Of a stretch of DNA of 64,000 nucleotides, positions 44,882 through 56,814 are shown piece after piece (the stretch's first letter is position 1; each line of letters opens with the position of its first letter). The notes below the pieces were generated by a model. It was not told the origin of the DNA. It ran no database searches and worked only from the letters and a program-made list of their open reading frames with translations. Made by a program: the position numbers and the translations under genes. Origin of the DNA: Rhynchopus sp. YZ270_cl-10 (taxonomy: Eukaryota); contig OZ037835.1 of assembly GCA_964035575.1 (NCBI GenBank), positions 1,674,001-1,738,000 on the forward strand, read 5' to 3'.

Positions 44882-45543
44882 AACAATAAGCTCGCGTTTC
44901 TTTTATCGAACAGAATTTATTCTCCGCCCCGTACCCAAAACGTAAACACCACTTTGAATCAGAAAAAATATTTTCCTCTCCTTTTTTCTTCCACACGCGC
45001 TGGTTTTTGTATTTCGCTAATTTTTATCAAAAAGCTTTCTTTATATACCCTTGTTTCGAGTGCGAAACGTTTCTCCGTGTATTGCACGGGAAACAATATA
45101 ACAAACAGGTGCAGGGTGGTTCCGTGCTTATCATAGAACCTGACACCTTGTGTGTCTCCCAAAAACCAAAAGCGTTGTGTGTGTAGTTTTGAAGGAAGGA
45201 AAAATAAAACCATTCTGAAAAGGTGACATCGAATGGAGTCAGCCATAGAGTCGTGCCCCCCTGCTGCTGCCTTGCTTAGGGACCGGGGATACCTTAAAGT
45301 AGACCACAAACCCGTGAGATCAGCAACCCTTCCCTTCCCTTCCCTTCCTCCTCATTTTTAAAGACCGCCAAAAACAAAAAGAGCACAAAGCAAAAAGCGA
45401 CAACTTTTAAGGGGGAATACTTGCCCTAATACAGTTTTTAGGGCAAGTCTGAACTTTTTCAAAATAGGGTAGGGTAAATCTATCCCCCTTCATTCATACT
45501 TCTCTCCCTTTCAACCCCTACAGTACCCTGCCCCTCCACCACT

Positions 45544-47238
45544 ATGCCAAATTACGACCTCTCCCCGGGCCACCCTAACTACGATGTAGACCCAGACTCT
45601 GTGGTGCCACACATCCCACTGCCACCTCGATGGGACGACTACACGCAACGCATCCACAACGCTGCATCACCTCTGACCCGTCTTGAGGAGCTCGATCTGT
45701 GGCGCGGCTGCGGGGCTGGGGTCTATTTGGTCGTGCTATCTGGAGCATTTGAGGCGGGTGTGGGGCCAGCTCGGATGGCACACCAGCTGCGTGCAGGGGA
45801 AGTTGCGCAGGTCTGCGTTGAAAAGAGAATGTGGTTCACCTCGAAACCACGCTGGACCCGCACGCTCTATACCAAAGACGGCTGCTTTCCTACAGAAACC
45901 TCCTACGAGGACAACGACGACACGGACTACTCATTCCCACCATCACGCAAGCCGCAGCCATTTTACCGCGAAGACCGTCCGGTCAAACCTCTCGTCCAAT
46001 ACGACTGGCAAGAGGCGATCTCGGAGTTGGACTGCAACCGCATGGTGAACACCTTTCTCTGCCGTTTTCCAACCCCAAATTGGGAGCTTCCAGAGGGATG
46101 TTATCAGCCACATTTAGAATGCGATGTTTTTGTTGTGCCTGAAAGCAATTTGGTCCGTCTAAAAAGCGTGCAAACGGCGTTGAAAACACTGTCGGATACT
46201 GTCGGCCGCTGTGTGGTTCCGAAGTACCTGAACGTCATTGACCCGAATCTCTTCGTGCATGAGGGGCGGTGGGTGGCATCTGAGTGGGATATCTCTGAGT
46301 CCGGAGAGGCAACGCTTCTTGGCGGCAACGATGCGCATCCACATAGCTCCGTCGTCGAGACAGTGTTTACCCCTATTCTAAACGCGGCACTACCCCTTCT
46401 TGCCTCTCTCCAACGCCCTGCACTTCACCTACCAGGGACACGTCTCCAAGCTGTACCTAAAATTCAATCCATCGTTGTCCCCCCTAAAGGAATCACACTC
46501 CCCGGAGAAGATGAACAAAGCAAAGGCGGAACCTATCAAGGTCTTTGGCACAGTGATGGGGATGTGGAGGACATAGCGGCGGTGGTATTGTACTATTATG
46601 ATATTGAGAAGGGGCTGGAGGGTGGTGCTATGGAGTTTTCCGCGCAAGATGTGATGGACATGCTGGGATACGCAGACTGCGACGATAATGGAATGGATTT
46701 CAAGAAACAGAACCTCCAACGCTGGGCAAACAACAAAGAGAACGGCAACCTCCCCATCTTCAAGGTACCCTGCGAGACGGGGACCCTCCTCGTCTTTTCT
46801 AACTACCAGCTGGTGCACAGGGTACTCCAGATTGTAAACACAGAACCACAAGAAGGGAAACGAAGCTTCGCCGCGCTGTTTATTGTAAACCCAGCTGGAG
46901 AGCGCCTTCCATCCTCGCAAGACGTCATGAAATCGACACAATACCAAGAGGAAACCGACGAAAAAAAGGAAGCAGTTCGGGTGAACAAACTACGAGCACA
47001 GCTGGAACCGAAGGGCTCCTTTGGTGTGGACCATTCAGTGTATGTGACAGGGAACGGTTGCGCGATGCTCATCAAGTGGGTCAAGGAGAGCGTGGATAAA
47101 GACTGTATTGGGGCTTTCGACTACGACGGTGCAGGGGAGGTGTTTGCGAGTATGACACATCCCCCTGGTATGGTGGGGCGTGGTGTGAGCGAAGCGATTT
47201 CGCGAAGCAGCGCGCAGAGTGTCAGTTCGGGAGGGTGA
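45544..47238 (+). CDS. DUF4246-like 2OG-Fe(II) oxygenase-fold protein
   Basis: YQGLWHSDG..EDIAAVVLYYYD..GTLLVFSNYQLVHRV..GKRSFAALFIVNP (HxD..H triad plus Arg). Intact 564 aa. Confidence 0.75.
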   Translation: MPNYDLSPGHPNYDVDPDSVVPHIPLPPRWDDYTQRIHNAASPLTRLEELDLWRGCGAGVYLVVLSGAFEAGVGPARMAHQLRAGEVAQVCVEKRMWFTSKPRWTRTLYTKDGCFPTETSYEDNDDTDYSFPPSRKPQPFYREDRPVKPLVQYDWQEAISELDCNRMVNTFLCRFPTPNWELPEGCYQPHLECDVFVVPESNLVRLKSVQTALKTLSDTVGRCVVPKYLNVIDPNLFVHEGRWVASEWDISESGEATLLGGNDAHPHSSVVETVFTPILNAALPLLASLQRPALHLPGTRLQAVPKIQSIVVPPKGITLPGEDEQSKGGTYQGLWHSDGDVEDIAAVVLYYYDIEKGLEGGAMEFSAQDVMDMLGYADCDDNGMDFKKQNLQRWANNKENGNLPIFKVPCETGTLLVFSNYQLVHRVLQIVNTEPQEGKRSFAALFIVNPAGERLPSSQDVMKSTQYQEETDEKKEAVRVNKLRAQLEPKGSFGVDHSVYVTGNGCAMLIKWVKESVDKDCIGAFDYDGAGEVFASMTHPPGMVGRGVSEAISRSSAQSVSSGG

Positions 47239-48841
47239 TTAGACAATTTAGTGGGTTCAAAAAAATAATAATATTTTATGGATTCAGAGATATTCACATT
47301 TGTATTTTGACAAAAAAAAAAAAATGCTTGAGAAAGAATTCTCGTGAAAAGGAGGCGTATCCCGTCCCCAGATTATTGTCCTCCCCCTCTTCACAATCAA
47401 ACTTGTTTGAGCAGCTTTGCTGCGGATTGGGGGGTTCGGATAAAAAGACATAAAAATAATAGCGACAATTCCTCTCACTTTTTGATATTTTCTACCACTT
47501 ACTTACGGTAAGGTTGGAAGGGGACCGGGAATAAACAACACCTCCTTCATCAGGATTTTCAAATTTTTGATTCCCTAGTCGGTGTGTTTCTCCTCCCCCG
47601 TACGTTTTACTTCACATCGGGTTTGTTTTTGGTTAGGGGGGGGGGCTTTTTCTCTTCAACACATACTTGTTTGCCTTTGAGCAAAGAATAAAGACTGGTC
47701 TTTTTATCTTTCCGGACTCCCTCTCTCTCTTGTTCTGCACGACACTTTATGTACTTCAAGCAAAACCCCCAACGTAAATAATGTGCATTTGTGTTTCCCC
47801 CCCCCCCTCAAAATAAAGCAATAAAAACAATAAAAGACAAAAAGGGAGAGGTGGTGAAACGTACTCTGGCGCAATGGAAAGCCTACCTAACCTTATAGCT
47901 ATGCACCGTGCCATGCGAACCCTGTTGGAGAGGGATGAACGAGGAGTTGAACTCGCCACTGCCTTTTCTAATAGATGCATCGCCACCACCACCCCACGAG
48001 ATGATGTCACCGTCTTTCCTTCCTGCCCGCTACATCCGTACAAGGCGTCTGTTCAAACAGCCGCCACTTTCCTCCCTCCGGATCGGTGGTTTTCTATGTG
48101 GATTGGTTAGGTGCTCGTCCACTCCCCTGTATTATTAAGTGCAACGCCCAAGCGCTACACTCCGGGGTTTGATAACGCGGAGTGTAAGTGCCTGAGTCCC
48201 AGAGGCGTTTTGCACTGCTTTGTTATTGCCATTTCTTCAACGCTCCGTTTATGTTTTATATTATGTGTATACAGGGCGAGACAATAAACTTTTGTGTGTG
48301 TGTGCTTGTTGTTTGATTTTCATCTGGTAGTGGTGTTCAAAGCGTACTCCATTTCTTCTGCGTTGCACGACTTAGGCACTCAGCAACAGAGTGCGCTTTT
48401 TTGTGCACTTCGTTTTTTTTGTGTGTGTTTTGTTCTTCGGGGACACTTTTTGTGACACATCTCAGGAAATCTTTGCATTTTCTGGGACACACATAAGAAG
48501 GAAGCCCCAAAAAAGGAAGGCAGAGCATGCAGTGACTGGAGTGGCAACTTTCTTCAAGCAGAAATCCCATCCCCTCCCCTTGGGAAGCACTTGTAGTAGG
48601 TGCAAATTTTGCTGAAACTTTGCACACCCTAGTTTCGACGCGAAACGTTTCCTCATGTATTGCACGGGAAACAATATGACAAACAGGTGCAGGGTGGTTC
48701 CGTGCATATCATAGAACCTGGCACCTTGTGTGTCTTCCAAAAACCAAAAGCGTTGTGTGTGAAGTTTTGAAGGAAGGAAAAATAAAAGCAATTTTGTATA
48801 AAATCTCAATGCAAATTTTTTGGCATGGCCAACTTTCCCTA

Positions 48842-48961
48842 TTTGTACGAGTATGCAATACGTCTGGAAATGAAAGACGCGTTCTTTGGTTGTCATGAGT
48901 CTTACTACTTTCCCCTCCCCCCTTTTGTGGGGTTTTTTGGGTATATTGGGTGGTTAAAAAA
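48842..48961 (+). mobile_element. Solo A-repeat of the YR retrotransposon (diverged)
   Basis: tttgtacgagtatgcaatacgtctggaaatgaaagacgcg matches the A1 start. A further 26-bp remnant lies at 25952-25977. Confidence 0.8.
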
Positions 48962-49246
48962 GCGTCCGGTCAGTTTGTTTTATTCCCCCGCACCCACACA
49001 TCACATCACAAACCCAGGGTTCTTTACACAGAGCACTTCGCACCACACGACAACTACCTTTGTACCTTGGCCGGGGGACTGGGAACATCGCCCTGTTGTG
49101 GGGCGCACATTGTTGTTGTTTACGTCTGGTGGGCGGTAGCGTGCAGGTGTACTCCATTTTTTTGCTTCACGATTTTAACGCTAGTAGTAATAGAGTGTGC
49201 TTTGATATTTGTATTGTTTTGCCTTTGTTCTTAACACAACACAACG

Positions 49247-51088
49247 ATGCTGCTCCTGGTGTGGGTCGCTGCAGTGTCGTGGTCTGCTGTGGGGCCAGAC
49301 TTTGCTTCCTCTGCACGCGAGGCTGGGTTGGCGCGTGCACGTCGAGAGTACAAAGCACGGCACGACCCGCTGGCAGGCTGGGACCACCCGGACCGAGCGC
49401 GTGTGGAACGTGTCTGTGCACAGGCGGATGCAGGTGCGGAGGCTGTGGGTGTGCCGAACGAGCGCCACGTCTGCCTGCAGCGTGGACGTGCGTTGTCTAA
49501 AGAGTTGGGGGAGTACACAGCAGACAAGTTCTCGCGCAGGGATGTGGACGCGATGTTTGACCTTGCAAACCGTGCACCTGACAAAACGTTCTTCGCATGG
49601 GTGCGTATCGAGAAGGGGCGTGCGGTCGACTACCGTGGTGTGGGGCACCACCTCGACGACTTTCCCTTCCACGGCGTGATGAACATACTCCACCACACCG
49701 CCTTCGTTGCCTTCAGCCAGAAGCTGGGTGCGTTTGCCCAGGACCAGACCTTCGAGTACCTTGCGCTTATGTACGACCGCTGCTGGGGGTCGCCCTTCCT
49801 CGCGAACCAGGTGTCCATCTCGGACGCTTTCCGCTACATGCCTGTGCTCGGGTACTCTCGGGAGGAGACGTGCCGCAACCACATAGTCGTGCCCACGGTA
49901 CAGTGGATAAACGCCTACAAACCGCCCTTGGTGATAAGGTATGCGAGCTTGAACGACACAGCAGTGTTCAGGGGACGGTGGTTCACCGATGAGCGTGCGT
50001 TGATGGCAATCGCAGCTGCAGGCAACTTGCTGCGCGGTGTGGACGCAAAGCTGGCGTGCTCTGCACAGGATGTGGACCTGCGCTGTAACTCAACAGTCGC
50101 GATGCTGAAACGTTCCCACGCACTGCCAGACACGCTGCACGAGGCACAGGTGTGTGACGTCTCCAAGCTCTGCTTTGCGACGCACTCTGAACAGCGTACA
50201 CACAAGTTCCTGCTTGCCTTGGATGGCATCGGGGGGACCGACCGCATCGAGAAGTACTTCCGCGAGTCGGGTGTCGTGATCCAGGTCGCGTCGCTCTTTG
50301 AGTGGTACTACAGCGGAGACGCCATCCCGTGGGTGCACTACGTGCGGCTTGACCCCAAGCCTGCGGAGATAGTGCCGCAGCTGAACGATGCACTAGCGTG
50401 GCTGCGTGCACACCCCGCTGATGGGGGGGACATAGCACACACGTCACGGAGGTACGCAGAGCGACACGTGGGCGACCGTGCTGCTGCACGCTACTTCCAG
50501 CTCTTTGCAGCGCTGTACGCACCTCGTTGGGACGACTCGTATGCAGGTGAACCGCTGCGCCCAATTGATTCTGGCAAGCACCTGCTGCCACAAGCAAGTG
50601 AACGTGGACGGCGGGAGGTGGGTGGACCGTTCACATGTCGTGACATGCAGCGCCACTACGACGGCTACATCCACCACTACCCACCTGTGCAGCGGTGGCT
50701 GGACTCTGCGTGTGGGCCACATGCCCATAATATCCGGCACCTGAACAAAGGCTGGGCGACGTTCGACAATGTTGGGAACGAGTACGGCCTTCTCCCTGTG
50801 CGCACGCTTCGTGCGAGGCCTGTTCGGAAGAGCGTGGAGCGGGTGTCGTACGTGAGCGACAGTGTCGGCGGCAACGGCAGTCGTGCAGTTGCCGATGGTT
50901 CTATTCCATCCTGCACAACGTACCCGGGTCTGGTTGGCCGCTACGCGCTCACAGGCTGTCTGTGTGTGATGTCCGCTGTGATGATGTGGGCAGAACGAGG
51001 CTTTCCTTCCCTTAGCATCGTAGCAGGCGGCGTGCTCATTGTCGCAGACATGCACATCCACGAGCACTTGGTGCGTGGTGAGGGATAG
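49247..51088 (+). CDS. Glycosyltransferase family 90 (CAP10/KDELC-like) protein, copy 1
   Basis: Hydrophobic N-terminus. AVFRG, HKFLLALDG..R, EWYY..IPWVHYV motifs. Hydrophobic C-terminus. Confidence 0.8.
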   Translation: MLLLVWVAAVSWSAVGPDFASSAREAGLARARREYKARHDPLAGWDHPDRARVERVCAQADAGAEAVGVPNERHVCLQRGRALSKELGEYTADKFSRRDVDAMFDLANRAPDKTFFAWVRIEKGRAVDYRGVGHHLDDFPFHGVMNILHHTAFVAFSQKLGAFAQDQTFEYLALMYDRCWGSPFLANQVSISDAFRYMPVLGYSREETCRNHIVVPTVQWINAYKPPLVIRYASLNDTAVFRGRWFTDERALMAIAAAGNLLRGVDAKLACSAQDVDLRCNSTVAMLKRSHALPDTLHEAQVCDVSKLCFATHSEQRTHKFLLALDGIGGTDRIEKYFRESGVVIQVASLFEWYYSGDAIPWVHYVRLDPKPAEIVPQLNDALAWLRAHPADGGDIAHTSRRYAERHVGDRAAARYFQLFAALYAPRWDDSYAGEPLRPIDSGKHLLPQASERGRREVGGPFTCRDMQRHYDGYIHHYPPVQRWLDSACGPHAHNIRHLNKGWATFDNVGNEYGLLPVRTLRARPVRKSVERVSYVSDSVGGNGSRAVADGSIPSCTTYPGLVGRYALTGCLCVMSAVMMWAERGFPSLSIVAGGVLIVADMHIHEHLVRGEG

Positions 51089-51559
51089 GCAAGGGGGGTG
51101 CGTATCTGCAAGTTGTCGCTAGTCTATCGGCTTCGACAGTGACAATGCACAGCAGTATTTCATTGTTCGGGCGACGGAGGGCTTTACAGCCTTTCCACTG
51201 TTTTGTGAAGCTTTTTTTTGTGCTTCTACGTCCCGTTGAGCTGTCCGCACACTTTGTCCCAGAGCAGTGCAGGCTGTATGATAATAAATCAGCGTTTTTT
51301 TTCGAGTTTTGAAGAAAAACTCCTTTCTGTTCCATTTCAACGCGAATGCCTAAAAAAAAAAAACTGGCTGTGGGGTGATTTCGACCTTTTTATTCACTCA
51401 AAAGCTCGCACTTTGGCCTAGAGAGGGGCTATCGTTTGGTACCCTTGTTGCAACATGGTTCTACGTTCCACCACCAGGTCCCTCTAAACACCGTGAAACC
51501 GCCTGGGTACCCCTCGGGATAGGCATATCATGTGGCTCTCTTTATCTTAAAAGCTGTTC

Positions 51560-51712
51560 TTCAAAATACTGACCGCAGGGTCAGCGGCAAGGCTTAAGGC
51601 CCGCAAATGCGTTCGACGACCTGATGAGTCTCATGCTTCTGCAATTCCCATTGAATATCGGGTCTAGCTGCGGTTAGCGATCCCAGAGCCAAGACATTTT
51701 CCGCTGTTGTGT
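51560..51712 (-). rRNA. Divergent isolated 5.8S rRNA-like sequence
   Basis: Minus strand reads caacagcgga..tcttggctct..cgcagc..cgat..gaattgcag..tcatc..gaacgca.ttgcg, the conserved 5.8S motifs in the correct order and approximate spacing. Confidence 0.65.
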
Positions 51713-51827
51713 TCCTCCAACCCCCTTTTTACCTCACGCAGGTTTTTGTCTTTTGGGCGCAAGCCCTTGTGTGGGCTTGAGCGTGCCCCTCGTATTGTTT
51801 TGCCTTTGTTCTTAACACAACACAACG

Positions 51828-53633
51828 ATGCTGCTCCTGGTGTGGGTCGCTGCAGTGTCGTGGTCTGCTGTGGGGCCAGACTTTGCTTCCTCTGCACGCG
51901 AGGCTGGGTTGGCGCGTGCACGTCGAGAGTACAAAGCACGGCACGACCCGCTGGCAGGCTGGGACCACCCGGACCGAGCGCGTGTGGAACGTGTCTGTGC
52001 ACAGGCGGATGCAGGTGCGGAGGCTGTGGGTGTGCCGAACGAGCGCCACGTCTGCCTGCAGCGTGGACGTGCGTTGTCTAAAGAGTTGGGGGAGTACACA
52101 GCAGACAAGTTCTCGCGCAGGGATGTGGACGCGATGTTTGACCTTGCAAACCGTGCACCTGACAAAACGTTCTTCGCATGGGTGCGTATCGAGAAGGGGC
52201 GTGCGGTCGACTACCGTGGTGTGGGGCACCACCTCGACAACAACGCTGTGCACGGAATCATGACCGTACTCCACCACACCGCCTTCGTTGCCTTCAGCCA
52301 GAAGCTGGGTGCGTTTTCCCAGGACCAGACCTTCGAGTACCTTGCGCTTATGTACGACCGCTGCTGGGGGTCGCCCTTCCTCGCGAACCAGGTGTCCATG
52401 TCGGACGCTTTCCGCTACATGCCTGTGCTCGGGTACTCTCGGGAGGAGACGTGCCGCAACCACATAGTCGTGCCCACGGTGCAGTGGGTTAATGTGTACT
52501 CACCACCACTGTCCGTGCCGTACGCCGACCTGCACGACACAGCAGTGTTCAGGGGACGGTGGTTCACCGACACGCGTGCGTTGATGGCGATTGCAGCGGC
52601 TGGCAACTTGCTGCACGATGTGGACGCAAAGCTGGAGTGCTCTGCACAGGATATGGGTCTCCGCTGCAAATCAACAGTCGCGATGCTGAAACGTTCCCAC
52701 GCACTGCCAGACACGCTGCACGAGGCACACGTGTGTGACGTCTCCAAGCTCTGCTTTGCGACGCCCTCTGAACAGCGCACACACAAGTTCCTGCTTGCCT
52801 TGGATGGCATCGGGGGGACCGACCGCATCGAGAAGTACTTCCGCGAGTCGGGTGTCGTGATCCAGGTCGCGTCGCTCTTTGAGTGGTACTACAGCGGAGA
52901 CGCCATCCCGTGGGTGCACTACGTGCGGCTTGACCCCAAGCCTGCGGAGATAGTGCCGCAGCTGAACGATGCACTAGCGTGGCTGCGTGCACACCCCGCT
53001 GATGGGGGGGACATAGCACACACGTCACGGAGGTACGCAGAGCGACACGTGGGCGACCGTGCTGCTGCACGCTACTTCCAGCTCTTTGCAGCGCTGTACG
53101 CACCTCGTTGGGACGACTCGTATGCAGGTGAACCGCTGCGCCCAATTGATTCTGGCAAGCACCTGCTGCCACAAGCACGTAAACGTGGACGGCGGGAGGT
53201 GGGTGGACCGTTCACATGTCGTGACATGCAGCGCCACTACGACGGCTACATCCACCACCACCCACCTCTACAGCGGTGGCTGGACTCTGCGTGTGGGCCA
53301 CATGCTCATAATATCCGGCACCTGAACAAAGGCTGGGCGACGTTCGACAATGTTGGGAACGAGTACGGCCTTCTCCCTGTGCGCACGCTTCGTGCGAGGC
53401 CTGTTCGGAAGAGCGTGGAGCGGGTGTCGTACGTGAGCGACAGTGTCGGCAGCAATGGCAGTCTCGGTGCGGACTGCAACACACCAAGCAGCATGTGCGT
53501 CCGTGCTCTGTTCACAGGTCTGTGTGTGACGTCTGCGGCTGTGGTGAATAGCGACCGAGGCTTTCCTGTACTTGTTGTGATCACTGTGCTCCTGATAGTT
53601 ACAGACATGCACATCCGCGAGAACGCGTGGTGA
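51828..53633 (+). CDS. Glycosyltransferase family 90 (CAP10/KDELC-like) protein, copy 2
   Basis: Tandem duplicate of 49247-51088; the duplicated unit begins ~36 bp upstream of the ATG. Confidence 0.8.
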   Translation: MLLLVWVAAVSWSAVGPDFASSAREAGLARARREYKARHDPLAGWDHPDRARVERVCAQADAGAEAVGVPNERHVCLQRGRALSKELGEYTADKFSRRDVDAMFDLANRAPDKTFFAWVRIEKGRAVDYRGVGHHLDNNAVHGIMTVLHHTAFVAFSQKLGAFSQDQTFEYLALMYDRCWGSPFLANQVSMSDAFRYMPVLGYSREETCRNHIVVPTVQWVNVYSPPLSVPYADLHDTAVFRGRWFTDTRALMAIAAAGNLLHDVDAKLECSAQDMGLRCKSTVAMLKRSHALPDTLHEAHVCDVSKLCFATPSEQRTHKFLLALDGIGGTDRIEKYFRESGVVIQVASLFEWYYSGDAIPWVHYVRLDPKPAEIVPQLNDALAWLRAHPADGGDIAHTSRRYAERHVGDRAAARYFQLFAALYAPRWDDSYAGEPLRPIDSGKHLLPQARKRGRREVGGPFTCRDMQRHYDGYIHHHPPLQRWLDSACGPHAHNIRHLNKGWATFDNVGNEYGLLPVRTLRARPVRKSVERVSYVSDSVGSNGSLGADCNTPSSMCVRALFTGLCVTSAAVVNSDRGFPVLVVITVLLIVTDMHIRENAW

Positions 53634-53996
53634 GGGGAGCCAGACGGCCCTGCATTGTGTAGCAATTCCGATAAGCGACTAATAAGGTATTTTGCATTTC
53701 AAGAACGTGCGTCTTGCACTGCAAAGCACACTGCACACTGTTCTAACAATATGTGAAGGGGAGGCTTTCCAGCACCTCCTTTGACGAAGACGCGAGCGAT
53801 AATAGCGCCCCGCCCTCACCCTTTTCAAATCTATTAATCTGTACATACAGTTGGACAAGAAACTTGGCGACCAAAAAAATTGGCGAGCAAATAATATTGG
53901 CGGATTTTGGAGGTTTTCTTGCAATTGGCGACTTTTTTGGTCGCCAATACTACTTGTACAACTGTACCGTTAAAGCAATTCTCTCTGGCGTAAAAA

Positions 53997-54395
53997 TGCA
54001 CCTCGCCGCTGGGGGCGTTGTCGACACGGCCGAACACAATCTACCTTGCGCCTGGGTGTTCGATGGGGGCGACGGTGCACGAGCTGGGGCACTCGTTTGG
54101 GCTGATGCACGAGCAGACGCGGAGGGACCGGGACGAGTACGTGATTGTGGACTACGACAACGTGATTTCCGGGTACGCAAGCCAGTTCAACAAGATGGGC
54201 TCGTACAACGGCCGTTCGCTGGGTGCGTACGACTACGGGTCGATCATGCACTACAACGCAGAGGCCTTCAGCAGCAACGGGGCACCGACAATCATTGCAC
54301 CGGAGACGATTGGGCAGAGTGCGGGGCTGAGTGCAGGGGACGTGGAGGCGATTGACTTCATGTACAACGGGTGTTCTGCTGAGTACGCACGGCAA
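53997..54395 (+). pseudogene. Astacin (M12A) metalloprotease catalytic fragment or orphan exon
   Basis: HELGHSFGLMHEQTRRDRD and YDYGSIMHY Met-turn. In-frame TAA just upstream; no signal peptide or pro-domain. Confidence 0.8.
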
Positions 54396-54478
54396 GTTTC
54401 AGATTTTTCCCCCAATTGTTCCGGAATAGTTACCTTTCTGTTGCCGAATGTTTTCTTTCGCTCATCAGAGTCATCTGT

Positions 54479-54986
54479 TCCCCCCCCCCAACCCCCCAAC
54501 CCCCCAACCCCCCAACCCCCCAACCCCCCAACCCCCCAACCCCCCAACCCCCCAACCCCCCAACCCCCCAACCCCCCAACCCCCCAACCCCCCAACCCCC
54601 CAACCCCCCAACCCCCCAACCCCCCAACCCCCCAACCCCCCAACCCCCCAACCCCCCAACCCCCCAACCCCCCAACCCCCCAACCCCCCAACCCCCCAAC
54701 CCCCCAACCCCCCAACCCCCCAACCCCCCAACCCCCCAACCCCCCAACCCCCCAACCCCCCAACCCCCCAACCCCCCAACCCCCCAACCCCCCAACCCCC
54801 CAACCCCCCAACCCCCCAACCCCCCAACCCCCCAACCTCCCAACCCCCCAACCCCCCAACCCCCCAACCCCCCAACCCCCCAACCCCCCAACCCCCCAAC
54901 CCCCCAACCCCCCAACCCCCCAACCCCCCAACCCCCCAACCTCCCAACCCCCCAACCCCCCAACCCCCCAACCCCCCAACCTCCCC
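54479..54986. repeat. (AACCCCCC)n tract, ~63 copies
   Basis: Direct reading; the minus strand is (G6T2)n. Confidence 0.97.
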
Positions 54987-55027
54987 CTCTCAATCACAGC
55001 GAAGGGCACACAACACACACCCTCAAC

Positions 55028-55196
<169 letters not shown>

Positions 55197-56814
55197 CACC
55201 CTTTTTTTCCTTCTCCCCTCCGTTTGCTTTATCATCTGTCTCCAGAAGGATACGATCCATAGGCAACGATTGGATCATTTCCCCTGAGCACTCCGCTCGA
55301 AGCGAGGCACCGTCCATCATGCACAGCACCGCTCGCCATAACGCACACCTCGCCGCGCTCACCGAAGCTGCCGGAGCCAACATGCTCGGCGACTTAGTAC
55401 GCATCCTTGGCGTGGCCTGGGCGGTGCTGAGCCTCACGGTCTCTTTCCTCACATTCCAGGAGTGTCCTGCATCGATCTGCATCCTCGCGCCCCAAGGAGA
55501 CTTGGAAGGACTGTCCATAACGATGATAGAGGAGATCACGACACGTATCCCCCTTCTTCCACTGCGTGCCCTGCTCTGTACATTGCGTGACAGCGACAGC
55601 GAAGGTGGCAGCAGTGACATGCTGCTGGCGCTACTCTGTGGGGCGACTGTGTCGACACCCCTTCTCGCGCTGTTCTACTTTGCAGGTGCGCTTTGGGCTT
55701 CTATCGAAGCCTTTGCAGTAGCAGCTGAGCGTGCAGAGGTACGGTGAGGGAATGCAGCAAAGGGACAATAGAGGGAAAGGGAATGAGGCGTTACAACGTA
55801 GGGTGTCGTGAAGAGGTGGCAAAGAAGCAAATACCGTGGCGCATCAACAGCCAGGAGAATAGATAATATTAGAGAACGAAATATGGTTCAAATCCGGGCG
55901 TGTTATGTCAACAGAGGAATAGAGGAACGGGTTGGATGTGGAACGTTCGCTCGTATATACCCCTTCGTGGTTTGGGGCTTTGTCAGATTTTTACCTTTTA
56001 CAGATGATGCTGTGCGATAGCTTGTTGCTGTTGTTTGGGGTTAATTGTACCAATGGGAGGATATGTAGAGTTTTATTCCCCCGGCCGGAGGGGTGTGTAG
56101 GGTGTTTCTGTTTCGGGGAGATGACACTTTGTGACATATCTTAGGAAATCGTTTAGTAGTCACGAAGACGATTCTCGTCAATGCAACAGGTTATCCTTAG
56201 TGAGGTAGCACACCACGCAACCTTGGAGAGGGCACACAAATGCTGGACTGTGGCTGCCCCATGCTATGAAGGGTGATTGACTCTCAGAACATACAAGCGA
56301 GCAACAGCCAGCTGTCACACCTTGGTGGTGTGGTAAGCTGACCACTTTTCAGTGGAAGGTGGGCCATCCGGCCGACGAGTGGTTGTGCACCACCCGTTCA
56401 CTACTACGGTGCGGGAAACCCATTAGACTTCCTTTTTACACCTTCTGTCGTTGCAGGCAGGGCGTGGGTCGGTCGGAGGTGCCTGCATTAATAACTACCA
56501 TTTTATTCTTGACAACACAGACGGTATGATGTAGAACTGCATCCTGGGATTCACTTCTTTGCTTTCTGCCTTGTACCGATGTGTTGAAGTGCTGAATAAA
56601 AAAAATACTTTTTGCTATTTTGTTTGATGCCCACGCCACCACCCACCCGCCCACCCGCCCACCCGCCCACCTGGGGCAGACAAATACCCGACCTACCTCC
56701 CCACGTAGCGTGTATCGATACCCTATGCATGTAGTACGGATGTGTCACCCAGCCCACCACCCTCCTGCACACCTCACAACAGACATTTTTAAGCCAACAC
56801 AAAACAAACGCAAC

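Noticed and set aside
55300..55747. Hydrophobic coding-like segment (LGVAWAVLSLTVSFL..LLALFYFAGALW)
   Set aside because: It might be a real exon or small membrane protein, but no family, start or splice structure could be supported.
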